DNA of 26,488 nt from Gemmatimonadota bacterium (GTDB lineage: Bacteria; Gemmatimonadota; Gemmatimonadetes; Longimicrobiales; Gaopeijiaceae): contig JBDHHQ010000076.1 of NCBI GenBank assembly GCA_039589315.1, positions 1 to 26,488 of the forward strand. Reading direction: 5' to 3'. Numbering within the stretch: the first letter of the stretch is position 1; every line of letters starts with the position of its first letter. The notes beneath the pieces were generated by a model. That model saw only the letters and a list, made by a program, of their open reading frames with translations. It was not told where the DNA came from and ran no database searches. Positions 17,427 to 25,808 of the stretch are shown piece by piece. Both the position numbers and the translations under genes were made by a program.

Positions 17427-18986
17427 ATGATGAGAATCACCTGGGTCCTGATCGCCACCGCCGCCGCGACGGTGCCGCTCTCCACTCTCCCCGCAGCTGC
17501 GCAGGAGCCGGTTCACTGGGATGTCGTGAACCGAATCCGGCACGAGGCTTTCGAGAACTCCCGCGTCATGGACTTCGCCGGCTACCTCACCGACGTGATC
17601 GGGCCTCGCCTCACGGGCTCTCCCAACATGCGGCAGGCCCAGAGCTGGACGATGAGGCAAATGGAGGAAATGGGGCTCGCGAGAATCGAAAGAGAGCCCT
17701 GGGGGGACGAAACGGTCGGCTGGGACATCGAGCGCATCTCGGTTCACATGACGGAGCCGGACTACCAGATGATCGTCGCCTACCCGCTCGCGTTCACGCC
17801 CGGAACCGACGGCAGGATCGTCGGTCCGGCCGTCATCGCCACCATTCGCGACGCGACCGACTTCGACCGGTACCGGGGGAGCCTGGCGAACGCCATCGTT
17901 CTGGCCACACCTCCGATGCCGATCGAGCCCCGGTTCGTTCAGGACGCCTTCCGCCACAATGAGGAGTCCCTCCACGTCTTCGAGACCGAGGGGTCCGACC
18001 TGCTCCTCGAGAGACACGCGCGCGGTCAACTGCAGCAACAAGCGTTCAGGCCGGAGGGCGTGTCGGAGGCCGACGTGGAGGAGTTCTACAAGGAAGAGGG
18101 CGTCCTCGTGGTCTTGCAGGCCAGCATCGGCGGGGACGGGACGGTCTACGCGACGGGACGGCCGGGCAGTCGCGACGACCGCAGCCGTGCGGGCATCGAG
18201 AACGCCCTGCCCACTCTCGCCGTCGCCACCGAGCACTACAATCGCGTCCATCGCATTCTCGAGCGCGGCCTTCCCGTGACCCTGGAGGTCGACGTCGCAG
18301 TCGCGATCGACGACCGCGACCCGAGCGGATACAACGTCATCGGCGAGATCCCGGGCAGCGACCTGGCGGACGAGGTCGTGGCCGTCGGCGCCCACCTGGA
18401 CTCCTGGCACGCCGGCACCGGAGCGACGGACAACGCCAGCGGGGTGTCGACCGTGCTGGAGGCCATGCGGATCTTGAGAGCCATCGAGGCGAAGCCACGG
18501 CGCACGATTCGCGTGATGCTGTGGAGCCACGAGGAAGGGGGGCTCAAGGGGTCGCGGGGCTATGTGCGCAACCATTTCGGCGATCCCATGGAGGGCGTCA
18601 CCCGAGCCCACGACAAGTTCTCGGTCTACTTCAACATGGACAACGGCACGGGCCAGTTCAGGGGTATACACCTGCAGGGACACCCTCTCGTGGCACCGAT
18701 TCTCGAGGCGTGGATGAAGCCGTTTCACGACCTCGGCGTGAAGACGCTCTCACGCTTCAGCAACACGGGCACCGACCACCTGTCGTTCAATGAGGCCGGG
18801 TTACCCGGCTTCCAGTTCGTCCAGGACCGCATCGACTACCGGGCACGCACGCATCACTTCAACACGGACACCTTCGACAAGCTCCTCCCCAGGGACCTGA
18901 TGATCAACGCGGTCGTGATGGCGAGCTTCGCCTACCACGCGGCCATGCGCGATGAGCGGCTTCCCCGGAAGCCCGTGACGGAATGA
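17427..18986 (+). CDS. Secreted M28 family peptidase (carboxypeptidase Q-like)
   Basis: ATG 17427/17430, signal ending AAA-Q; LTDVIGPRLTGSP, GAHLDSW, GATDNASG, WSHEEGG, FNMDNGTG, GTDHLSF, HHFNTD. Confidence 0.92.
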   Translation: MMRITWVLIATAAATVPLSTLPAAAQEPVHWDVVNRIRHEAFENSRVMDFAGYLTDVIGPRLTGSPNMRQAQSWTMRQMEEMGLARIEREPWGDETVGWDIERISVHMTEPDYQMIVAYPLAFTPGTDGRIVGPAVIATIRDATDFDRYRGSLANAIVLATPPMPIEPRFVQDAFRHNEESLHVFETEGSDLLLERHARGQLQQQAFRPEGVSEADVEEFYKEEGVLVVLQASIGGDGTVYATGRPGSRDDRSRAGIENALPTLAVATEHYNRVHRILERGLPVTLEVDVAVAIDDRDPSGYNVIGEIPGSDLADEVVAVGAHLDSWHAGTGATDNASGVSTVLEAMRILRAIEAKPRRTIRVMLWSHEEGGLKGSRGYVRNHFGDPMEGVTRAHDKFSVYFNMDNGTGQFRGIHLQGHPLVAPILEAWMKPFHDLGVKTLSRFSNTGTDHLSFNEAGLPGFQFVQDRIDYRARTHHFNTDTFDKLLPRDLMINAVVMASFAYHAAMRDERLPRKPVTE

Positions 18987-19077
18987 GGCGAGAGCGGTCA
19001 GCCCATCCGGTTCGTCGACCATGGGTCGACGGCGACCCCGAACCGAGCAACCCCAGCTCCGGCTCGGAGCGCGATCG

Positions 19078-20580
19078 ATGAAACGAGCTCTCAGCCGTCT
19101 CTGCCTTCGCCTTCTGATCGCAGCACCCGCGCTCGCCTGCCCATCAAGCGCCCGGGGCGGGCTCGACGCTCAGACGACGGACGAAGTCCAGCCGAACGTC
19201 ATCGTCATCGTCGTGGACGACCTCCGTTTCGACGAGTTCGGCGTGGGTGGACACCCCTACCTCGAAACGCCGAACATCGACCGGTTGGCGGCCGAAGGCG
19301 CCATGTTCCTCGACGCCTTTCACGCGGTCCCGCTGTGCTCCCCCAATCGTGCGAGTCTCCTGACCGGCCAATACCCATCGCGCCACGGCATCATCGACAA
19401 CGTTGCCCGAGACCGAGCCAGTCACCGATTGAACACTTTCCCGCGCGCCATGCAGGCCGCGGGCTACGAAACCGGGTTCCTGGGAAAGTGGCACATGGGA
19501 AACGACCCGTCGCCGAGGCCGGGATTCGACTACTGGGCCGCGATTCCGGGACAGGGACGAACGGTCGACCCGGACATCTTCGAGAGCGGCCGGCTGCACA
19601 GGGTCGAGGGATACATCACGGACCTCCTTACCGACCGGGCGGTGGAGTTCGTCCAACGGAGACGCGACCGCCCCTTCCTTCTGTACATCGCGCACAAAGC
19701 GGTGCACCCCGATGCCCGTCAGTTGGACGATGGCTCCGTCGACCCTGACTATCCCAGGGCCTACATACCGGCACCGCGCCATTACGGCCGCTATGAAGAA
19801 GAGGTGTATCCGCGCCGTCCGAACGCCGTCACGTCGCCAGAGGAGCTCATCGGTAAGCCGACGCTTCAGCGCTCGCTCCGGTATCGGGATTCAGCAGAGA
19901 TGGCCCAGGAGTTCGGATTCATGCTGGACCTGGGCACCTCCGAGGAGACGATCCGCCGTCGAGCCGAGATGGTGTTGGCGGTGGATGAAAGCCTCGGCCG
20001 GATGATCGGGGCGCTCGAGGCGCAGGGCACGCTCGACGGGACGATGATCGTGTTCACGAGCGACAACGGCTTCTTCTTCGGTGAGCACTGGCTGAGCCAG
20101 GAGCGGCGCCTACCCTACGAAGAATCCATCCGCCTTCCGCTTCTGATACGCTATCCGCGGTTGGCGGCAGCCGGTGCTCGCATCCAGGGCCTGGCACTGT
20201 CAGTGGATCTCGCCCCCACTGTCCTCGAAGTCGGAGGTGCCGAGATCGGCCGTCACATCCAGGGAGAGTCGCTGACGCCGCTTCTGCGGGGAGACGCCAC
20301 CGGGTGGCGCGAATCCGCTCTCATCGAGTTCTACACGTACGAGAATCCGAGACCGTGGCTCCTGGACATGGACTACAGAGCCGTACGCACCAATCGATAC
20401 AAGCTCATCCATTGGATGCAGCATCCGGCTGAGCGCGAGCTGTACGACCTGGTGGAGGATCCGTACGAGATGCGCAATCTCGTCGACGAGCCCTCGATGC
20501 GGGTCGTTCTCGGCGAGTTGGAGCGCGAGCTGTCCGCATTGGTGCTCGAAGCCATGGGATTGGAAGCTGGACGCCGCTGA
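19078..20580 (+). CDS. Formylglycine-dependent sulfatase (family S1, Cys-type), N-acetylglucosamine-6-sulfatase-like
   Basis: PNVIVIVVDD, TPNIDRLA.EG, CSPNRASLLTG, GYETGFLGKWH, HKAVH, FTSDNG, ELYDL..DPYE; start ATG 19078 gives a signal-like N-terminus. Confidence 0.93.
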   Translation: MKRALSRLCLRLLIAAPALACPSSARGGLDAQTTDEVQPNVIVIVVDDLRFDEFGVGGHPYLETPNIDRLAAEGAMFLDAFHAVPLCSPNRASLLTGQYPSRHGIIDNVARDRASHRLNTFPRAMQAAGYETGFLGKWHMGNDPSPRPGFDYWAAIPGQGRTVDPDIFESGRLHRVEGYITDLLTDRAVEFVQRRRDRPFLLYIAHKAVHPDARQLDDGSVDPDYPRAYIPAPRHYGRYEEEVYPRRPNAVTSPEELIGKPTLQRSLRYRDSAEMAQEFGFMLDLGTSEETIRRRAEMVLAVDESLGRMIGALEAQGTLDGTMIVFTSDNGFFFGEHWLSQERRLPYEESIRLPLLIRYPRLAAAGARIQGLALSVDLAPTVLEVGGAEIGRHIQGESLTPLLRGDATGWRESALIEFYTYENPRPWLLDMDYRAVRTNRYKLIHWMQHPAERELYDLVEDPYEMRNLVDEPSMRVVLGELERELSALVLEAMGLEAGRR

Positions 20581-20604
20581 CGGCCACAGCCCGAGGAATC
20601 CATC

Positions 20605-22264
20605 ATGCGTGACTCATCGATCGGGTGCTCCAGGCACGCCGCTCTGCTCCTGACCCGACGGGACGCCCGCGGCAGACGCCCCCTATGCACCCGACCGAGG
20701 CTGGCGGCCCGACGCCCAGGCCGTCGCGGTGCGCGACGGCAGGATCGTGTTCGTGGGCGACGGCGATGAGGGGCGCCGGTACGCCGGACCGGACACCGAG
20801 GTCCTGGACGTCGCAGGTGCGACGGTCCTGCCCGGCCTGGTGGACTCCCATACGCACGTGGCCGAGCTCGGCGCGCTGCTGTCGAGGGTCAATCTGGTGG
20901 GGGTGGAGACCGAGGAGGAAGCCGTCGCCCTTGCGGTGCAGCGCGCCAACCAGGTACCCGCAGGAACGTGGATCGTAGGCGCCGGGTGGGACGAGGGAGC
21001 CTGGGCCGACCGGTACCCGGACATGGAGCTGCTTTCGGAGCAAGTTCCGGATCACCCGGTCTATCTCCGCGGCCTGCACGGCTTTGCCGGTTGGGCCAAC
21101 CGGATGGCTCTCGAAGCCGCCGGAATCGATGGCAGCACTGAAGCGCCGGTGGGTGGAGAGATCCGGAAGGACGCTCGAGGTCGACCCACCGGGCTCGTCC
21201 TCAATCGCGCCATCGAGCTTCTTGATGACGCGATCCCCGCACCCACGCCCGAGCAGCTCCAGGATCAGATCGTGGCGGGCCTGGAAGAGATGGCTCGGTC
21301 GGGATTCGTCACGGTCCACGAAGCTGGTGTGTCCGCAGAGGCGATGGAAGCGTTCACCGCGTTGGAGTCCCAGGGCCGACTCCCCATCCGGGTCTATGCC
21401 ATGCTGTCGGGCCGGGATACCGCGCTTCTCGGCGGCTGGGAGCAGACCGGACCCGACAGGGACGCCGACTCCATGCTGCGGACGCGGTCCGTGAAGGCCT
21501 ACTACGACGGGGCCCTGGGGTCCCGCGGCGCGCGGCTACTGGAGGACTACTCCGACCGGCCGGGCCACCGGGGTGTCAGCGGTGAGGGCTACGGCTTCGA
21601 TCAGCGCTGGGCGAGCCGCATGATGGCCGCCGGATTCCAGATCGGCATCCACGCCATCGGCGACGCCGGGAACCGGGAGACCCTGGACTTCATCGAGTCG
21701 GTGTACCGCGACGCGCCCACGGCCCGGGCCAACCGGAACCGCATCGAGCATGCACAGGTCCTCCATTCCGACGACTTCGCCCGCCTTGCGGGGCTCGATC
21801 TGATCGCTTCGATGGAACCGCCTCATGCCGTGGAAGACATGGCATGGGCCGAGGACCGCCTGGGCCCACAGCGCATCGCGGGCGCGTACGCCTGGCGGAC
21901 CATGCGGGAGGTGGGCGTGCCCCTGATCTTCAACTCGGACCTTCCGGGCTCCGACTGGAGCGTCTTCTATGGCCTGCACGCGGCTGTCACCCGCAGGAAC
22001 AAAGCCCTCGAGCCATCGGGAGGATGGGTTCCGGAGCAGTCCATGACTCCGGAAGAGGCCCTGCGGGCCTATTCGACCTGGGCGGCGTTTTCGGCCTTCG
22101 TCGAAGCCCAGACCGGGGTGATCGAGCCCGGCCGTTGGGCGGACCTGACCGTCATCACGGTCGATCCGTTCGGGCTGGGTGCCGAGAACCCCGCCGGGCT
22201 GCTCGACGGCGAAGTCGTGGCTACCGTCGTGGACGGGCGGGTCGTGTACAGGAAGCCGGGCTGA
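20605..22264 (+). pseudogene. Amidohydrolase family 3 (YtcJ-like) gene with apparent 5' deletion/frameshift near 20651-20656
   Basis: Body (frame of 20729..22264) has AVAVRDGRIVFVG, PGLVDSHTH, HAIGDAGN, RIEHAQ, NSDLP, G.IEPGRWADL. Upstream, that frame hits TGA at 20651-20653. The RBS-preceded ATG 20605 (MRDSSIGCSRHAALLLT) is in another frame and stops at about 20769. Confidence 0.7.
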
Positions 22265-22267
22265 GGG

Positions 22268-22612
22268 TTACTCGGTGGCGGCGTCCTCTTCCTCCTCGCC
22301 GTCCTTGTCCTCTCGTCCCACCTCGCCGTCCTTGTCTTCTCGTTCCACCTCGATCGAACAGTTGGTCACCAGCGCGGCAATCGCTCCGATGCCCGCCCAG
22401 ACCGGAAGCAGCACGGCGCCCATGACCCCGAGCGTGAGGGGGATCTCAATGAGCGTCTTGCCCTCTTCGTTCTTGATCGTGATGCGGCGGACGTTCCCCT
22501 CGTGAATCAGCTCCTTGACCTTGGAGACCAGTTGGTCACCGCGCACCCGGTGTTCCTCACGGCGTCCTCGGGGCCCGCTCTCGATCCTGGGGACCTCTTC
22601 CTCGTGGCTCAC
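22268..22612 (-). CDS. DUF4342 domain protein
   Basis: GTG start with AGGAG RBS; LVSKVKELIHEGNVRRITIKNEEGKTLIEIPLTLGV...LLPVWAGIGAIAALVTNCSIEVER. Confidence 0.9.
   Translation of the reverse strand: MSHEEEVPRIESGPRGRREEHRVRGDQLVSKVKELIHEGNVRRITIKNEEGKTLIEIPLTLGVMGAVLLPVWAGIGAIAALVTNCSIEVEREDKDGEVGREDKDGEEEEDAATE
22294..22352. repeat. 27-bp tandem repeat (2.2 copies) in the DUF4342 acidic tail
   Basis: CCTCGCCGTCCTTGTCCTCTCGTCCCA / CCTCGCCGTCCTTGTCTTCTCGTTCCA / CCTCG; encodes EVEREDKDG-EVGREDKDG-E. Confidence 0.85.
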
Positions 22613-22734
22613 GGCTTCTCCTGCCTTGGGGCATACCCGACGCCGGAGGGCGTCATGGGCTGACTCCTCCCTTTACGAGTCCGCACTGGCCTCAGGTTTC
22701 CCTGGAATGGGGAATGCACACGCCGAGGTGAGAA

Positions 22735-22756
22735 TGGGGGTTGGCACGAGCCCCCA
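22735..22756 (-). terminator. Possible terminator after soxD-like gene
   Basis: Minus strand TGGGGG-ctcgtgccaa-CCCCCA followed by TTCTC, starting 3 nt after the stop. Confidence 0.35.
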
Positions 22757-22759
22757 CCC

Positions 22760-23353
22760 CTACCGGACCGTGGCTCCCCCCACACGGTCGTCGGGCACGA
22801 ACCGGTCGCGAGCGGGCATCTCCACGGCCGGTAGCGCCTCGGCATCCATGACGGCCTGCTCGGCCACGATCCCGTTCAGGTACAGGATGTAGGCGATCAC
22901 CGCGTAGACCTGGTCCGGCGTCAGGATTCCCGGAGTCGACTGGGGCATGGCCTTGCGGATGTAGTCGTAGAGCGTAGTGGCGTACGGCCAGTAATTCCCG
23001 ACAGCTCGGCCTCGGGGCCAACGGTCCCAGGGCTCCGTGCCCACCAGACGATCGTTGGGCCCCTCGGTGCCGGTGGGGCCATGGCAGGTCACGCAGTGCT
23101 CCCGGTAGACGCGCTCCCCAGCCTTCACCGTGCCGCTCCCGGGTGGGAGTCCCTCGCCGTCCGGCCCCACGTCGATGTCCCACAGGGCGATCCGAGACTC
23201 AGTGGCGGGTGAGCCGAAACCGAACCGGTCAGGCATGGCGGGCGGCGGGGCCTCGCTGCCGAGCCCACCAGCGGTAGACTGCCCAAGCTCCGACTCACCC
23301 TGAGGAGTGCAGGCCGCCACCAGCGCCACCGCCAGCCAGCGCCATCTGGTCAT
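22760..23353 (-). CDS. soxD: Monohaem cytochrome c lipoprotein, SoxD-like
   Basis: ATG 23353 overlaps soxC TGA (ATGA); lipobox VAAC; WDIDVGPDGEGLPPGSGTV..GE.VY, CVTCHG, VGNYWPYATTLYDYIRKAMP, VYAVIAYILYLN, MPARD.F; 197 aa. Confidence 0.85.
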   Translation of the reverse strand: MTRWRWLAVALVAACTPQGESELGQSTAGGLGSEAPPPAMPDRFGFGSPATESRIALWDIDVGPDGEGLPPGSGTVKAGERVYREHCVTCHGPTGTEGPNDRLVGTEPWDRWPRGRAVGNYWPYATTLYDYIRKAMPQSTPGILTPDQVYAVIAYILYLNGIVAEQAVMDAEALPAVEMPARDRFVPDDRVGGATVR

Positions 23354-24612
23354 ACCAGCTCGCCCAGACCGAAGGTGATCGTCCCGTCCGGCGCCACCTT
23401 CCATGCCCGGATGTGGTTCCAGTGGTATGCCGTCCGCTCCCCCCGAGCCTCGATGAGCTGCTGCAGCGTGGGCTGCACGTAGCCGGTCTCGTCCACCGCC
23501 CGGCTCAGGATCACCGTCTCCCGCCCGTCCCAATCCCAGAGATGACGGAAGCGGGTGGTGGCCTTGGGCAGGACGGGTGCCTGCAGCTCGGCCGGTGCCC
23601 AGGAGCGGCCGCTGTCGGTGCTCACGTCCACGCGGGTGATCCTGCCCCGGCCGGACCAGGCGAGCCCCTGGATCTCCCACCACCCCCGCGCCGGAAGCGC
23701 GTAGGGGTACGCAGGAAACGTGATCAGCGACTTGGCGTCCATGACAAAGCTGAACTGTCGGGCCGTGCCGTCTCCCAAGGGATCCGTGTAGCGAGACGTC
23801 TCGTCCCGCGTCATGGTGGGTCGATCGGTCACCTCGATGCGCCGGAGCCACTTGATCTGCGCGTTGCCCTCCCACCCGGGAAGCAGCAACCGTGCCGGGT
23901 AGCCCTGCTCTGGCCGGATCGCCTCTCCATTCTGCCCGTAGGCGACGAGGGCGTCGTGCATGGCCTTCTCCAGGGGGACGCTGCGGGACATGACGGACGC
24001 GTCGCTGCCTTCCGCCAGGATCCAGCTCGCGCCGTCCCGGACTCCCACCTCCCTCAGCAGGGTGGACAATGGCGCGCCCGTCCACTCGCTGGTGCTCATC
24101 AGGCCATCGATCCTCTGCGGCGTGACTTCCTCGGGCATGTTGCTCGGGTTGTAGATCCCCCCACCGTTGCCGGCGCACTCGATGAAGCAGATGCGAGACA
24201 CCGAGGGAAACCTGCGAACGTCGGCCATCCGGAACACCGTGGGCCGGTCCACCATCCCGTGGATGAGCAGCTCGTGCTGCTCATCCACGATGTCGGGGAC
24301 TCCCGCGTGGTGACGCTCGAAGTGGAGGTCCGCCGGGGTGATGATGCCGTAGAGGTCCTGCAGCGGCGTACGGGAGGAGCTCGAGGGGGCGTCGGTCCGG
24401 ATCCACCGGCGAGGCCGCTCCCCGGGCGCCCGCTGTCCCACCTCCGACACGAAGCGGCCGAGGACCTTGGTCGGATCCGCGACCTCGGCCACTTCCTGGG
24501 CCCCGAGGTCCACGGCGTCGGCTCGCGTCTTGAGGAGTCCCGCGGCGATCACGCCGGATGACGTGGCCAGCCAGGCGCGACGAGAGAGGCGGGATCGATC
24601 TGGCGATGTCAT
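23350..24612 (-). CDS. soxC: Molybdopterin sulfite-oxidase-family dehydrogenase SoxC (Tat exported)
   Basis: Tat motif SRRAWL; TPLQDLYGIITP..LHFERHHAGVP, FIECAGN (Mo-ligand Cys), SEWTG, YGQNGEAIRPEQGYP.RL..PGWEGN..IKWLRRIEV, GLAWSGRG, SRAVDETGYVQP, YHWN. Confidence 0.92.
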   Translation of the reverse strand: MTSPDRSRLSRRAWLATSSGVIAAGLLKTRADAVDLGAQEVAEVADPTKVLGRFVSEVGQRAPGERPRRWIRTDAPSSSSRTPLQDLYGIITPADLHFERHHAGVPDIVDEQHELLIHGMVDRPTVFRMADVRRFPSVSRICFIECAGNGGGIYNPSNMPEEVTPQRIDGLMSTSEWTGAPLSTLLREVGVRDGASWILAEGSDASVMSRSVPLEKAMHDALVAYGQNGEAIRPEQGYPARLLLPGWEGNAQIKWLRRIEVTDRPTMTRDETSRYTDPLGDGTARQFSFVMDAKSLITFPAYPYALPARGWWEIQGLAWSGRGRITRVDVSTDSGRSWAPAELQAPVLPKATTRFRHLWDWDGRETVILSRAVDETGYVQPTLQQLIEARGERTAYHWNHIRAWKVAPDGTITFGLGELV

Positions 24613-24646
24613 CCAGGCGCTCCTCGTGGAGTGGCGTCGGTCCCGA

Positions 24647-25435
24647 TCAGCGCCGACCGCCGTCGAGCTGCTCGATCAGGATCTGGCGGAACTGGATGGG
24701 GTGGCTCTCGCTCTGAATCGCGATGTAGCCCCCGGTCAGCGGACGGCCGTCCTGCTTGACCGCCGGGTCAAAGCCGGCCACCTCGCCCCCGCCGATCACC
24801 GGCCGAGAGTAGGCCAGCACCGTGTCACCGTCCAGGATGTGTGCGATCAGGGAGTCTCCCAGCACCAGCAGGTCCAGCGTCACCCACTGCCCGCCGTGGA
24901 ACGTGGGCGCCCGGGCCCCGATGCAATGTTCCTCCACCTGCTCGCCATCGATGTCCACATGGGTGCCCGGGGTGCAGAGGTTGGCGGTGGGACGTGCCTC
25001 GACCCCGTCTCCCCCCAGGAACTGGGCCTCGAGGGAGATGGGGAAGTCCTGGGCCCGTAGCATCGACCCGGGGCTCTGCGCGTGGAACATCACGCCGCTG
25101 TTCCTGAGGGCCCACCCCGGGGCGCCGGGCACCTGGCTCCCCCGGAAGCGATACTCCACTCGCAGGCGGTAGTGGGAGAACGGCACTTCGTAGAACAGGT
25201 GCCCGAAGCGGTCCTCGAAGCTCTCGTAGCCCTCGTAGCCGACGGTGAGCAGGCCATCCTCCACGCGGAACGTGTCCCACGGATCCTCGCCGAGCTCGTT
25301 CCCGGCGATCTTCACGGTCCAGCCCGTCAGGTCCTGGCCGTTGAAGAGCGGGGTCCACCCGTCGGCGGGTGGCCGGGCACAGGCGGCTCCGGCCAAGAGG
25401 ACCACGAATGCGGTCGGGATCGCCGATCTGAGCAT
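24647..25435 (-). CDS. DUF1080 (3-keto-disaccharide hydrolase/lyase-like) lipoprotein
   Basis: Signal ending LAGAAC; WTPLFNGQDLTGW, FGHLFY, LRVEYRF, NSGVMFH, FPISLEAQFLG, NLCTPGT, GYIAIQSESHPIQFR. Confidence 0.92.
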   Translation of the reverse strand: MLRSAIPTAFVVLLAGAACARPPADGWTPLFNGQDLTGWTVKIAGNELGEDPWDTFRVEDGLLTVGYEGYESFEDRFGHLFYEVPFSHYRLRVEYRFRGSQVPGAPGWALRNSGVMFHAQSPGSMLRAQDFPISLEAQFLGGDGVEARPTANLCTPGTHVDIDGEQVEEHCIGARAPTFHGGQWVTLDLLVLGDSLIAHILDGDTVLAYSRPVIGGGEVAGFDPAVKQDGRPLTGGYIAIQSESHPIQFRQILIEQLDGGRR

Positions 25436-25808
25436 TCTGATACGGAATCCGTGGAACGGGTTCGCAGCCGTGCGCGTCGGGGCTCAGGCCGGTGCATCGA
25501 GGCTGAGCGAGACGGGGAGAGCGGCGCCGCTGCCCACCTCCCGATCGAGGCGTCAGCCGCAAGCTACGGTGACGTCCATGCCCCCGCATCCAGCCCCGGC
25601 CGCAGGGCTTGAACGGTCGCTACTCGGCACGACGGGGCAGCGCTCCCGGGATGGGCGGTCGACGGGCCCCGGGCTCGGACCGCTGAGCGAAGGTCTCGAC
25701 GTCGTCGTCCGGAGGGCCCTACTTTCGTAGTGGCCTGCACCGAACCGGGGCGGGCCACTCGTGTCGGTAGGCTAGACGAGTCCGCTCGGCAGATTGGAGA
25801 GGCCGTCC

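Noticed and set aside
19008..19070. Small hairpins before the sulfatase (CGTCGACC-ATG-GGTCGACG)
   Set aside because: Short GC-rich stems without a U-tail or other copies; not distinguishable from background.
22294..22352. CRISPR-like repeat
   Set aside because: Two abutting copies with no spacers, in frame inside a CDS, and no cas genes.
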